From assembly GCA_947593585.1 (NCBI GenBank), contig CANQDP010000001.1, forward strand, positions 53,381 to 117,380: 64,000 nucleotides of DNA, given 5' to 3'. Each line of letters opens with the position of its first letter. The first letter of the stretch is position 1. A model generated the notes under the pieces. It saw nothing but the letters and a program-made list of their open reading frames with translations, made no database searches and was not told the DNA's origin. Below are positions 17,632 to 27,288 of the stretch, piece by piece. A program made the position numbers and the translations under genes. This DNA is from an uncultured Clostridia bacterium (lineage in GTDB: Bacteria > Bacillota > Clostridia > Christensenellales > UBA1242).

Positions 17632-17988
17632 ATGATAAAATTTGCCCAAGAGGGCTCAATCCTTGCACTTTTGCCTTATTTTGTGCAAAATCTAGAAAAC
17701 TTTCGAGTGTCATATGTTTGGTATAAAGATGGCAACTACGGTTATCATTTGGATTATAAATTAAACCCCTTTGACAAATTGGGCAAGGAAAAGCATTTCG
17801 ACCTTTTGGTGAAAAACGATTTTGAATTTTTCCTAAACCCATTGCTCAACACAAATGTGAGCCTTAAAAGGTTCAATAAAATTCTGCGCCTTGGCTTAAT
17901 TGCGAAATTTGGCAGTCAATATAGGATTGCTCTTGATAAGTTTATCGATGAGCAACGATATGCTATTTCTTGCCCAGATTTGACCTAA
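17632..17988 (+). CDS. Hypothetical protein inserted between nusG and rplK
   Basis: ORF only. The track start is TTG 17608 and the first ATG is 17632. There is no SD and no family I recognise. It is flanked by a terminator and a strong promoter. Confidence 0.35.
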   Translation: MIKFAQEGSILALLPYFVQNLENFRVSYVWYKDGNYGYHLDYKLNPFDKLGKEKHFDLLVKNDFEFFLNPLLNTNVSLKRFNKILRLGLIAKFGSQYRIALDKFIDEQRYAISCPDLT

Positions 17989-17994
17989 AATCTA

Positions 17995-18023
17995 TTGACA
18001 AATATAAAATATTATGTTATAAT
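17995..18023 (+). promoter_or_regulatory. Consensus sigma-A promoter for rplK-rplA
   Basis: TTGACA (17995-18000), 17 nt spacer, TATAAT (18018-18023), with a TGn extended -10 (18015-18017). An 83-nt leader precedes the rplK ATG. Confidence 0.7.
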
Positions 18024-18106
18024 CACCCCGCAAAGTTAATTTGCACCTCGTGGGAGAAGTTAATTCTACAACCACGCCATAAAAACAAATAAAAGGAGAG
18101 AATTGT

Positions 18107-18544
18107 ATGGCAAAAAAGGTTAAAGCAGTCGTAACCATTCAACTTCCTGCCGGCAAAGCCACTCCGGGCCCACCAGTTGGTTCAACACTCGGTCCGCAAG
18201 GCATCAACTTAGCAGGATTTGTGAAAGAGTTTAACGACAAAACTGCAAAAATGGCAGGTTACACTATCCCTTGCGTAATCACCATTTATGAAGATAGAAG
18301 TTTCACTTTTATCTTAAAGCAACCACCTGCAACTGACTTGATTTTGAAGGAAGCAGGCGTGCAAAAAGGGAGCGATAAATCTCGCAATAAGGTTGGCAAA
18401 ATCACTGTTGACCAACTAAGAAAGATTGCAGAGCAAAAAATGCCAGACTTAAATGCAAGCAGCATCGAAGCCGCAATGAGCATGATTGCTGGTTCTTGCA
18501 GAAGTATGGGTATAACTGTGGAGGGCTATAATGGAAAGAAGTAA
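18107..18544 (+). CDS. rplK: 50S ribosomal protein L11
   Basis: [43 protein letters not shown] is a canonical L11 N-terminus. SD AAAGGAGAG lies upstream. Confidence 0.97.
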   Translation: MAKKVKAVVTIQLPAGKATPGPPVGSTLGPQGINLAGFVKEFNDKTAKMAGYTIPCVITIYEDRSFTFILKQPPATDLILKEAGVQKGSDKSRNKVGKITVDQLRKIAEQKMPDLNASSIEAAMSMIAGSCRSMGITVEGYNGKK

Positions 18545-19220
18545 GAAATACATTGAGTCCGCCAAGTTAGTGGACAAAACTAAGGTTTATGACGCAAAAG
18601 AAGCTTTGGGTGTTGTGCTCAGCACGGCTAAGGCTAAATTTGATGAAACAATTGAGCTTCACATTCGCTTGGGCGTTGATGGTCGTAATGCAGACCAGCA
18701 AGTTAGAGGCGTTGTGGTGCTTCCAGAAGGCACAGGCAAATCTGTGAAAGTGTGCGTTATTGCCAAAGGCGATAAGGCAGAAGAGGCAAAAAAGGCTGGG
18801 GCAGATATTGTTGGTGATGATGACATTATTGCCAAAATTATGTCTGGCAGTTGGTTAGACTTTGATGTGTGCATCACCACACCAGATATGATGGGCGCTC
18901 TTGGTCGTTGCGCTCGTATCTTAGGCCCTAAAGGTTTAATGCCAAACCCTAAGAGTGGCACGGTTACAATGGATGTAACGAAAGCAATCAAAGATGTTAA
19001 GGCCGGTAAGGTTGAATATAGGCTTGATAAGCAAAACATTATTCATGTGCGCATAGGCAAAGCAAGTTTCGGTGTGGATAGGTTATACACAAACTTGGCC
19101 ACCGTTATGGACGCTGTGATTAAGGCAAAGCCAGCAGCGGCAAAGGGCACATATATTAAGTCAACTTATTTAGCAACAACCATGGGTCCAAGCGTCAAGG
19201 TTTCATACTCTGAAAAATAA
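18531..19220 (+). CDS. rplA: 50S ribosomal protein L1
   Basis: 229-aa ORF with [35 protein letters not shown] and [16 protein letters not shown]. It overlaps the rplK end by 14 nt. Confidence 0.97.
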   Translation: MERSKKYIESAKLVDKTKVYDAKEALGVVLSTAKAKFDETIELHIRLGVDGRNADQQVRGVVVLPEGTGKSVKVCVIAKGDKAEEAKKAGADIVGDDDIIAKIMSGSWLDFDVCITTPDMMGALGRCARILGPKGLMPNPKSGTVTMDVTKAIKDVKAGKVEYRLDKQNIIHVRIGKASFGVDRLYTNLATVMDAVIKAKPAAAKGTYIKSTYLATTMGPSVKVSYSEK

Positions 19221-19221
19221 A

Positions 19222-19245
19222 AAGTGGCGTCAGCCACTTTTTTGT
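19222..19245 (+). terminator. Rho-independent terminator after rplA
   Basis: Stem aagtggc (19222-19228), loop gtca, stem gccactt (19233-19239), then a T-run. Confidence 0.75.
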
Positions 19246-19292
19246 TATTGACAAATGCTCGTTTTTATGGTAGGATACCCTTGAGGTCGATT

Positions 19293-19976
19293 ATGGAATT
19301 GAATAAATATGCAATCATATATGTGCCAACATCTTTTGGCTTTCAAAGCGAACGTTTGTGTTTGGTGAACACACCAGAACTCGTTAAAAAAATAGAAATC
19401 CCACAAGAAGCAACGGGGTTTAAGCTTTTTTATAGGTTGGAGCACACAATGAAATCGGGCAATAAAATTTTCACGCTTCGCTCGTTGCCTTTTTATGAAA
19501 AATATCATAGTTTTTTCAAGGCAGATGTTCCACACTTATCGCTAAGCGCACAACTTGCCGACATGTGCGCAAGAATGCCTGTGCCAACCATCACATCATT
19601 GGATAATAAGATTTACTCACGCTTGGTTGAAAAGCTTTATTATTCCGCTCACCCAGAAATTGAGGATGGCGAAGAATATGTGCTTCCAAGCAAGCAAGAT
19701 TTCACTCTTCCGGCAGGCTATCCAAAAGCTGATTTAATTGAAGAGTTCTTTTGCTCAATAAATGTGGACAATCAGCCACTCGTGCTTCGCTCTGAGCCTA
19801 TTTCAAAACACAGATTTTTTGTGGGCAGATATGAAGGAATTAGAAACGGCGTGGTGTCGTTCACTCGCGAAGATGGAGGATTAGGGCTTGCCGATAAGGA
19901 TGACTTTATTGTTGACCCTAGCGAAATTGACGCAAATGGAAAAATCATACCAAGGTCTAAGGGATTTAGACCATAA
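19293..19976 (+). CDS. Hypothetical protein (227 aa)
   Basis: I moved the start to ATG 19293 (SD GAGGT at 19283-19287), because the track start 19224 lies inside the rplA terminator hairpin. No family recognised. Confidence 0.5.
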   Translation: MELNKYAIIYVPTSFGFQSERLCLVNTPELVKKIEIPQEATGFKLFYRLEHTMKSGNKIFTLRSLPFYEKYHSFFKADVPHLSLSAQLADMCARMPVPTITSLDNKIYSRLVEKLYYSAHPEIEDGEEYVLPSKQDFTLPAGYPKADLIEEFFCSINVDNQPLVLRSEPISKHRFFVGRYEGIRNGVVSFTREDGGLGLADKDDFIVDPSEIDANGKIIPRSKGFRP

Positions 19977-20000
19977 AACCACGGTTTTGTGGTTTTTTTC
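19975..20000 (+). terminator. Rho-independent terminator
   Basis: Stem aaaaccac (19975-19982) / gtggtttt (19989-19996) running into a T-run. Confidence 0.6.
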
Positions 20001-20075
20001 TTTTTGAGCATTAGTTTTTCGCAAAATTATTTTGCTTATAAATCTTTTTGTGCTAAAATATTTCATGGAGTTGTT

Positions 20076-20540
20076 ATGAGAAAATTTGAACTTGTTAAAC
20101 CAGAATTTATGCAATATGGAGTGGACGCAAAATCTCTTAAAAAACCATATCGTGCCACAAAGCATGCAGTTTGTTATGATTGCTTTTCGCCCATTGATGT
20201 GGAAATTCCACCAGAGAGCACTAAACTTGTTTTTATCAATTTTAAGGCTTATTGCAATGAAGACGAAGGCTTTATTTTGGCGTCAACCAGTGGTTTGGGC
20301 AAGCGCGGACTGATTTTGGCAAACGGCATAGGCATAATTGAAAGTGATTATGCAGACAACGAAACTAACGATGGCAACATTGGCTTTTTGCTTCATAATT
20401 TAAACAAACAGCCATTTCAAATTAAGGCGGGAGATAAAATTGGGCAGATTTTCTTTTTTAAGTTTTTAACAACAGACGATGACGGGCAAACCAACCCAAA
20501 TGTTAAACGCACGGGTGGGTTTGGCAGCACTAATAAATAA
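20076..20540 (+). CDS. dut: dUTP diphosphatase (trimeric dUTPase family)
   Basis: Motifs RATKHAVCYDCFSP, GLILANGIGIIESDY, GDKIGQIFFFKF and C-terminal KRTGGFGST. Start ATG 20076 has SD GGAG at 20067-20070. Confidence 0.85.
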   Translation: MRKFELVKPEFMQYGVDAKSLKKPYRATKHAVCYDCFSPIDVEIPPESTKLVFINFKAYCNEDEGFILASTSGLGKRGLILANGIGIIESDYADNETNDGNIGFLLHNLNKQPFQIKAGDKIGQIFFFKFLTTDDDGQTNPNVKRTGGFGSTNK

Positions 20541-20549
20541 GGAGAAGTT

Positions 20550-23183
20550 ATGTTAAGCGTTAAGAATTTAACAAAGGTTTATAAGTTAGGCAAAGGAAAG
20601 GGCGCAAAGCAGGTGCTTGCGCTAAATAATGTGAGCATAGATTTCCCTGATAGGGGATTGGTTTTCTTGCTCGGCAAAAGCGGCAGCGGCAAAAGCACGC
20701 TTTTAAATTCAATCGGTGGGTTGGACACTTTTGACAGTGGCGAAATTATAATTAAGGGCAAGTCCAGCAAAGATTTTAAGCAGAGCGATTTCGATAGCTA
20801 TCGCAACACCTTCATTGGTTTTATCTTCCAAGAGTATAACATTCTAGAAGAGTTTAGCGTGGGCAAAAATCTTGCGTTGGCTCTTGAATTGCAAGGCAAA
20901 AAGGCAGATAAAGAAGCGGTGGAAAAACTGCTTAAAGATGTGGATTTGGAAGGGTATTATAAGCGCAAACCAAATCAACTTTCTGGTGGTCAAAAGCAGA
21001 GAGTTGCCATTGCGCGCGCACTTATTAAAGACCCTGAAATTATCATGGCAGATGAGCCAACAGGTGCGCTAGATAGCAACACGGGCAAACAAGTGATGGA
21101 AACGCTTAAAAAGTTGAGCAAAACCAAACTTGTGATAATTGTTTCGCACGATAGAGAGTTTGCTCACCTTTATGGCGACCGCGTCATTGAGCTTAAAGAC
21201 GGCAAAATTATTAATGACGACACCAAAAAAGAAGTGGTTGCCCAGAAGAGCGAGAGCGGTGTTAGTTTTATTGACGATAAGATAATACATATCAAAAAAG
21301 GGCAAAAACTCACCCAAAAAGATTTGGACAGAATTAACAAACTGCTTGAAAGCAAAACAAACGAAACCGACACATTAATTTCATTTGACGCCAAAACCAA
21401 TAGCGAAGTGAAAAAGACGGCGTTTATCACAGAAGAGGGCAACCAAGAAGTGTTTAAGGACACTCAGCCGGGCGATATTCATCAGTCTAAATACGACCCT
21501 AAAAAATTCAAACTCATTCGTTCACGCCTAAAAATGAAAGATTCAATAAAAATGGGCGCAAGTTCGCTAAAACATAAGCCAATCAGGTTAATTTTCACAA
21601 TACTTTTGGCGTGCATAGCGTTCACCATGTTTGGCGTGGTGGACACACTCGCAAGTTTCAACCGTGCCACTTCGGTGCGAGAAAGTTTGGAGCAGTTGAA
21701 TGTTAAATCACTAGCAATCACAAAAAATTATCGTGGCATGTGGGAAAATTATGAAGTGGCTTTTGGCAGCAATGATTTGAAGAACTTTAGAGAAAAGTTT
21801 TCAACCTACACTTTTGAGCCGGTTGTATTCCAGGGCAATAATTTTGATTTGTATAATTACTATATGTCCTCTTCGGGCGACACAGACACGATTTATCAAA
21901 CAAATGTGTCTGGCGTGATGCCAATAGACGAAAATTCACTAAAGGGGCTAGACTTGGAATTGCTTGAAGGCGGCAAATTGCCAACGAGCGATGAAGAAAT
22001 TTGCATCTCTAATAATATTGCAAACATCATCTTAAAAAATGTGTCAAATTCAGGCAGCGAAGGAAAAATAGAGCAAATTGGCGATTTGATAGGCAAAGAA
22101 TTAAGTGTTAGCGGAATGTCTAAAAAGACGATTGTTGGCATAATTAAAGATGACACAGATTTATCTAAATATGAGCAGAGCGAAACAAACACCCACGGCG
22201 GCACGATTGATAGTTATATGCAAGAGTTGGAAGTTAACACAATTATGCAGCACGGCTTCGTGAATATGTGTTATGTAACTAAAGAGTGCTTTGATGAGAT
22301 TTCTGCCGACTACACACCAAGCAATCGATATCTAGATTATTCAATAGATAATGATGGTGGTTGGGGCGCAGGAATTGACGATTTCACTTCAATCGAAAAA
22401 GTAGATGCAAGCAAAATCACATATCTAAAGCCGGGAGTTGACAAAAACCACTTGGCAAATAATCAGGTGATTTTGAGCAGACGAATGAATGATAACTTGC
22501 AGATAACCCAAGAAGAAATTAGTGCGGGCATAACCATTTATATCAGTGGCGAAAAATATGACGTTGTTGGCTTAGTTGATGGAGATAAAACAATTTTAAG
22601 CACAGAATTTTATAATTCCTTTATTGGCTATGACTATATTGTTTCTCGTCTAGGAGGCAAGGAAGACGCAAAACTTATTGACTATATTGAAAAAACAAAG
22701 GTGGATAAAACCTATGGTTATGAGGTGCAATTTGCTGCCACTCCTTTGTTAGACAATTTCGGCACGACCATTTCAGGCACTGCCACAATCTTAGGCTGGG
22801 TTGGTCTGGCTCTGGCTGTGTTTGCCGGCTTGATGCTTATGAACTTTATTGCCACAAGCATAACCTATAAAAAACGTGAAATTGGCATTTTGCGAGCAAT
22901 CGGCGCAAGAGGCAAAGATGTGTTCGCCATATTCTTCTCAGAGAGCTTTATCATTTGCTTAATCAACTTTGTTTTGTCTGCGATTGCCACAGTGGTTTGC
23001 TGTGTGGTGATTAATAATGTGTTGCTGACCCAACTTGGCTTCACAATCACGCTTCTAACCTTTGGCATTAGGCAAGTGTTGCTCTTGTTTGGAGTAAGTT
23101 TCTTGGTGGCATTGATTTCAAGTTTCTTCCCTGTAAACAAAATTGCCAGAAAGAACCCAATCGATAGCATAAATAATAGATAA
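20550..23183 (+). CDS. Fused ABC transporter ATP-binding domain plus FtsX/MacB-type permease with a large extracytoplasmic domain
   Basis: 877-aa ORF. Walker A GKSGSGKST, signature LSGGQKQRVAIARA, Walker B IIMADEPTGALD. A TM helix near aa 345 is followed by about 385 aa of soluble sequence and a C-terminal FtsX-like 3-TM bundle (REIGILRAIGARGKDV). Confidence 0.85.
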   Translation: MLSVKNLTKVYKLGKGKGAKQVLALNNVSIDFPDRGLVFLLGKSGSGKSTLLNSIGGLDTFDSGEIIIKGKSSKDFKQSDFDSYRNTFIGFIFQEYNILEEFSVGKNLALALELQGKKADKEAVEKLLKDVDLEGYYKRKPNQLSGGQKQRVAIARALIKDPEIIMADEPTGALDSNTGKQVMETLKKLSKTKLVIIVSHDREFAHLYGDRVIELKDGKIINDDTKKEVVAQKSESGVSFIDDKIIHIKKGQKLTQKDLDRINKLLESKTNETDTLISFDAKTNSEVKKTAFITEEGNQEVFKDTQPGDIHQSKYDPKKFKLIRSRLKMKDSIKMGASSLKHKPIRLIFTILLACIAFTMFGVVDTLASFNRATSVRESLEQLNVKSLAITKNYRGMWENYEVAFGSNDLKNFREKFSTYTFEPVVFQGNNFDLYNYYMSSSGDTDTIYQTNVSGVMPIDENSLKGLDLELLEGGKLPTSDEEICISNNIANIILKNVSNSGSEGKIEQIGDLIGKELSVSGMSKKTIVGIIKDDTDLSKYEQSETNTHGGTIDSYMQELEVNTIMQHGFVNMCYVTKECFDEISADYTPSNRYLDYSIDNDGGWGAGIDDFTSIEKVDASKITYLKPGVDKNHLANNQVILSRRMNDNLQITQEEISAGITIYISGEKYDVVGLVDGDKTILSTEFYNSFIGYDYIVSRLGGKEDAKLIDYIEKTKVDKTYGYEVQFAATPLLDNFGTTISGTATILGWVGLALAVFAGLMLMNFIATSITYKKREIGILRAIGARGKDVFAIFFSESFIICLINFVLSAIATVVCCVVINNVLLTQLGFTITLLTFGIRQVLLLFGVSFLVALISSFFPVNKIARKNPIDSINNR

Positions 23184-23186
23184 CGA

Positions 23187-23211
23187 AAAATCCGCAATAT
23201 GCGGATTTTTT
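23187..23211 (+). terminator. Rho-independent terminator
   Basis: Stem aaaatccgc (23187-23195), loop aatat, stem gcggatttt (23201-23209), then a T-run. Confidence 0.75.
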
Positions 23212-23233
23212 CTGCCCAAAATGTGAGTGAATA

Positions 23234-24709
23234 TTATCTTATCACCACTTTGCCGTCTATCCAACTATTAAAGAAATTTCTAAGTTGCATTTTGCTTTCG
23301 CCCTCAAAGGCGGTGATTAATTTTTCGGGGGAAGATATGGCAAATTGATTTTGCTCACAGTAGGTTTTAAGGCAGGCAATAAATTTCTTTTCGCCAATGA
23401 GATTTCTTAGCCCGTCCCACATCATCGCACCTTTCACATATGTGCAGTAGGTATATTCCGGCTCGGTGGAATATTTGTCAATCGCACGCATGCTTGTGTC
23501 AATATCGCCCAGCACATCGTTATAAACAGAGATGAAAAGGGAGTAGTTTGCGTGGCTTGCTTCCAACATTTGAGTGCGGGTGAAATTATAGCCATCATTG
23601 TGGTCGTAAAACAGCATGGAAGAATATTCTGCAAGCGATTCGTCTAGCCAAGGGAACTCCCACTCGTCATTTCCAACAATGCCATACCACCACTGATGAG
23701 CGGTTTCGTGAACAATCACATTTTTATAGTCGTCGGGGTCATTCACTTCCGCACTAATCATCACAAGGTTTGGATACTCCATGCCACCATAGACGAAGTC
23801 GGTTTGCACGATTGAAAAACTAGCATAAGGATATTTCAAAAACAAATCTGAAAAGGTTTTCACAGCGTCCATTCCCGCCTTTAATGAGGACGAGTGATTT
23901 TCATCGTCAAAATAAAAATATTGAAAATTCACTCCGTCTTCTTCTGCGCTCTCCACCTTAAAATCCTTGCTCAGCACCAGAGCAAAATCTCGAATGCACT
24001 TGCCATAAAAAGATGATGTGGTCTTTCCGTTAGAACGCTTTTCGGCAGTTTTTTCTCCGCTTGCTGCCACAATGAAGTTGCTGCTTGCGGTGATGTCCAC
24101 CACATAATTTGCCACATCGCTATAAAACGGGTCGCCGTTAGGGTGGTAGCCACTTTCATCAAACGCTCCATTTTCATAAACGCACACAATAGGGTAGGAA
24201 TTGCCAAGGTTGATTGTGTGCTCGCCATAGCCAAAGCGGTGGCAACAGTTTGGCAGAGTGAATCCAAAATCAATCTCTATTTCCACTTTTTCGCTCGGCA
24301 TTAGGCTAGAAAACAAATCCACCGCGAGCACGCCATTGCACTCTCCAACAAATCGAATTTGCCTATCCGCACCGGCCACTCGCACGCGGGTTACATCGAA
24401 TTGGGAATAACTCATTCCGTTAGGATAGGCTTGGTTTAGGTGTGTTTGAGCCACCACTTGCTTTGCGCCTTCCTCTTTAAAAAATTGAGGATACAAATGA
24501 AATTCCACGCATTTTAAAATTGCGTTGGTGTTGTTCACATATTCCACTCTTTCACTCGCCTTCACAGAATGAGAGGTTTCGTCATAGTCCAAACTTATTT
24601 CATAATTGGTTAGATTTGCGCTGATTTCGTTTAATTTGCTTTTTTCTTTGCACCCAAAAGAGCCAAAAACCAGAGCAAACAACATCACTGCCAAAATAGT
24701 TTTTTTCAT
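23234..24709 (-). CDS. M1-family (gluzincin) metallopeptidase, probable lipoprotein
   Basis: HETAHQWWYG...WLDESLAEY gives HEXXH-X18-E. Using ATG 24709, the N-terminus MKKTILAVMLFALVFGSFGC has a lipobox-like end. The track start at 24733 is TTG. Confidence 0.85.
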   Translation of the reverse strand: MKKTILAVMLFALVFGSFGCKEKSKLNEISANLTNYEISLDYDETSHSVKASERVEYVNNTNAILKCVEFHLYPQFFKEEGAKQVVAQTHLNQAYPNGMSYSQFDVTRVRVAGADRQIRFVGECNGVLAVDLFSSLMPSEKVEIEIDFGFTLPNCCHRFGYGEHTINLGNSYPIVCVYENGAFDESGYHPNGDPFYSDVANYVVDITASSNFIVAASGEKTAEKRSNGKTTSSFYGKCIRDFALVLSKDFKVESAEEDGVNFQYFYFDDENHSSSLKAGMDAVKTFSDLFLKYPYASFSIVQTDFVYGGMEYPNLVMISAEVNDPDDYKNVIVHETAHQWWYGIVGNDEWEFPWLDESLAEYSSMLFYDHNDGYNFTRTQMLEASHANYSLFISVYNDVLGDIDTSMRAIDKYSTEPEYTYCTYVKGAMMWDGLRNLIGEKKFIACLKTYCEQNQFAISSPEKLITAFEGESKMQLRNFFNSWIDGKVVIR

Positions 24710-24814
24710 AAAAAAATCTATGCTAAAACTCAAGATATTATAACCTTATCAATATGCAGCGGTGTCAAGCCGTGAAACACACAATAAGAAAGGGTCTTAA
24801 ATAAATCTATTTGA

Positions 24815-24843
24815 TAGACAAAAAAATTTTTTTGTGCTAATAT
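24815..24843 (+). promoter_or_regulatory. Promoter positioned for a leaderless transcript of the dnaB-like gene
   Basis: TAGACA (24815-24820), 17 nt spacer, TAATAT (24838-24843), with a TGn extended -10. It is 6 nt from ATG 24850. Confidence 0.45.
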
Positions 24844-24849
24844 AAAGGT

Positions 24850-26280
24850 ATGTCATTTTGCAAGTTCAGCCCTAGCCTCACGGTGGGCAACAAAACATTG
24901 GTGGACAATGTGTTTATTAATGAATATCTTCCAAGCGCACCAGATATGTGCGTTAAGGTTTATTTGCTCGGATTGGGGATGTGCGGGGTGGCAGATAATC
25001 CAAACAACACACTTGAATATTTTGCCAAAACTCTCAAAATTAATGAGGACGATGTTGTGTCCGTTTTCAAATATTGGGAGGATTTGGGCTTAGTGCAGAT
25101 TTTAAACATCACGCCAATCGAAGTGCGCTATTTGCCTGTTATTTCCAATGCCAAAAACATTAAAAAATATAAGGTTGATAAGTATGCTAGTTTCAACATC
25201 ACCCTTCAAGAGTTGTTTGATAAACGCCTGATAATGCCAAATGAATTTGCAGAGTTTTACAATTTGATTGAAAATTTTCACATGACGGAAGATGCACTGC
25301 TTGCGATTGTGAAGTTTTGTGTGGATAATAAAGGCTTCAATCTTAGCCCAAATTATTGCATTGTGGTGGCAAAAAATTGGCTTAAAGAGGGCGTTCACAC
25401 GCTTGATGAGGTGAAGGAAAAAATTGCCTCTCTCAATTTTGTGGACGATAATATGCGCCTAATATTGACTGCTATGGGAAGCAAGCGTAAGCCTCAACTT
25501 GAAGACGCCGAACTATTAAACAAGTGGCTAAAAGACTATGCTTTTGAATTGAATGTGATTGTGTTTGTGGCAAAAATGCTCAAAAATAAGCGCCTGCATT
25601 TGGACATTGATATTCTAGACGACTATTTGTCGAGATATTATGAAATGAAACTATTATCCGTTGCCGAAATTGAAAATTTTGAAGCAGAGCGAGAAAATAT
25701 GATAAGCATTGCCCGCACAGTAAATCAAAAATTAGGGCTTAGATATGACGATTTAACCAACGAAATTGAAAAATATGTGGTGAATTGGCTCAACATGGGC
25801 TTTGACGAAAGCACTCTTGCCGCCATTGCAAATAATTGCCATGGCACAACAATCAAAACCCTTGAACAATTTAATGGAATTATTAGCAAACTATTTAAGT
25901 TGGGCATCACAAATTTGGCTGGCTATCAAATGTATTTGCAAGACAATCTTTCACTAGACAACCTAATAAACGAAGTGCTAAAAGAGTTGGGGTTAGAGCG
26001 CAGTGCGAACAATCAAGATAGAAATTTCTATAACACATGGGCAAACGCATGGGAGTTTAGCCACGCCATGATTATGCGTGCCGCCACACTTTCCCGTGGC
26101 AAGAGCAACGCTGTGGCCTATCTAAACAAGGTGCTTTCAAATTGGCGTTCGCAAGGCGTCAAGACGCTAGACCAAGTTAAGGACACAGGCACGGGCGAGC
26201 AGGCGGATTTTGTGCACAACAACTACACCAAAGAGCAAATCATGAGCCTTATGACCAACCTAGACGAAGTGGAGGTGTGA
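24850..26280 (+). CDS. dnaB: Replication initiation/membrane attachment protein, B. subtilis DnaB type (DnaD-domain protein, not the replicative helicase)
   Basis: 476-aa ORF. The C-terminal DnaD/DnaB_2-like domain reads RNFYNTWANAWEFSHAMIMRAATLSRGKSNAVAYLNKVLSNWRSQGVKTLDQV, with an earlier related copy (CIVVAKNWLKEGVHTLDEV). It is directly followed by a dnaI-like gene, as in B. subtilis. Confidence 0.65.
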   Translation: MSFCKFSPSLTVGNKTLVDNVFINEYLPSAPDMCVKVYLLGLGMCGVADNPNNTLEYFAKTLKINEDDVVSVFKYWEDLGLVQILNITPIEVRYLPVISNAKNIKKYKVDKYASFNITLQELFDKRLIMPNEFAEFYNLIENFHMTEDALLAIVKFCVDNKGFNLSPNYCIVVAKNWLKEGVHTLDEVKEKIASLNFVDDNMRLILTAMGSKRKPQLEDAELLNKWLKDYAFELNVIVFVAKMLKNKRLHLDIDILDDYLSRYYEMKLLSVAEIENFEAERENMISIARTVNQKLGLRYDDLTNEIEKYVVNWLNMGFDESTLAAIANNCHGTTIKTLEQFNGIISKLFKLGITNLAGYQMYLQDNLSLDNLINEVLKELGLERSANNQDRNFYNTWANAWEFSHAMIMRAATLSRGKSNAVAYLNKVLSNWRSQGVKTLDQVKDTGTGEQADFVHNNYTKEQIMSLMTNLDEVEV

Positions 26281-26281
26281 T

Positions 26282-27190
26282 ATGAACAAGCATAAATTCA
26301 TAACCGATGTTAAGCAAAGTTTTATGTTAAAACGCTTGCGCGCACAAGAAGAGTGTGATGACTTTGTGGAAGAATTAAAAAAAGACCCCGAATTTTGCTC
26401 ACTATATAACGATTACACCCGCAAAAACATTGAATATTTAAAATCTAAATATGAGCAAGAAGATGTGGAATTGAAGCATCAAGTGCAAGATATAAAGCAA
26501 AAACTAGAAAAATATTTAAGTGATAGAAACATAGATAAATCTCGCCTAAACCCTAAATATGAATGCCCAATTTGCAACGACACGGGTGTGGTTGGGGGCA
26601 GGATTTGCAACTGCTTTTTGAGTGAGCTAAACAAAAAGATTTCGCTTTCGTCTAGTTCGCAAACGGGGTTTAAAGCGTTTGATTTGTGTGACGAGAGCAA
26701 ACTTAATAGTAACGATAAAAAGGCGTATGCCATTGTGAAAACATGGTGCACAAAATATCCGCTGGTTACAAAGCGAAATATAAACATCATTGGCGGAGCG
26801 GGCACGGGCAAAACCTTTATGCTTGAATGTGTGGCAAACGAGATGCTTAATAGGAATTACATAGTCATCTATAAAACTGCCTTTGAGTTGAACGAACTTG
26901 CCAGGCTTTATCACATTGGCAAATCGTATGACTTTGCCGACCTTCTTTCAGCCGATGTGGTGCTTATAGATGATTTAGGCACAGAGCCAATGCTTAAAAA
27001 TATAACGGTTGAATATCTATATAATCTAATAAACACACGCCAAGTGCACAATCTTCCAACATTCATAAGCACAAATTTGAGTTTGGAGAATATCTTATCA
27101 AGATATGACGAGCGCATTTTTAGCCGTTTGGCAAATAAGAATTTGTCGTTAAACATCAACCTAACTTCTGCGGACAAGCGCTTGAATTAA
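26282..27190 (+). CDS. dnaI: Helicase loader, DnaI/DnaC (IstB-like AAA+) family
   Basis: Zinc-type motif CPICNDTGVVGGRICNC, Walker A GGAGTGKTF, Walker B VVLIDDLGTE. The start is 2 nt after the previous stop. Confidence 0.8.
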   Translation: MNKHKFITDVKQSFMLKRLRAQEECDDFVEELKKDPEFCSLYNDYTRKNIEYLKSKYEQEDVELKHQVQDIKQKLEKYLSDRNIDKSRLNPKYECPICNDTGVVGGRICNCFLSELNKKISLSSSSQTGFKAFDLCDESKLNSNDKKAYAIVKTWCTKYPLVTKRNINIIGGAGTGKTFMLECVANEMLNRNYIVIYKTAFELNELARLYHIGKSYDFADLLSADVVLIDDLGTEPMLKNITVEYLYNLINTRQVHNLPTFISTNLSLENILSRYDERIFSRLANKNLSLNINLTSADKRLN

Positions 27191-27191
27191 T

Positions 27192-27212
27192 CGGCGCTTG
27201 GCCGTTTTTTTT
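27192..27212 (+). terminator. Candidate terminator (short stem)
   Basis: Stem cggc (27192-27195), loop gcttg, stem gccg (27201-27204), followed by T8. Confidence 0.45.
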
Positions 27213-27252
27213 ATTATATAGTTGATTTATTGTGGAAATAATATTAAAATAT

Positions 27253-27281
27253 TTGAAAAATAAAATCTAATTTGCTAAAAT
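27253..27281 (+). promoter_or_regulatory. Promoter positioned for a leaderless transcript of the first ABC exporter gene
   Basis: TTGAAA (27253-27258), 17 nt spacer, TAAAAT (27276-27281), with TGn at 27273-27275. It is 7 nt from ATG 27289 and there is no SD. Confidence 0.5.
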
Positions 27282-27288
27282 TTTAAAA

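Noticed and set aside
18024-18106. L1-binding autoregulatory structure in the rplK-rplA leader
   Set aside because: The 83-nt leader can form hairpins (gcaaagttaatttgc, ggagaagttaattctac), but I cannot verify by eye any mimicry of the 23S rRNA L1 site. A covariance-model search is needed.
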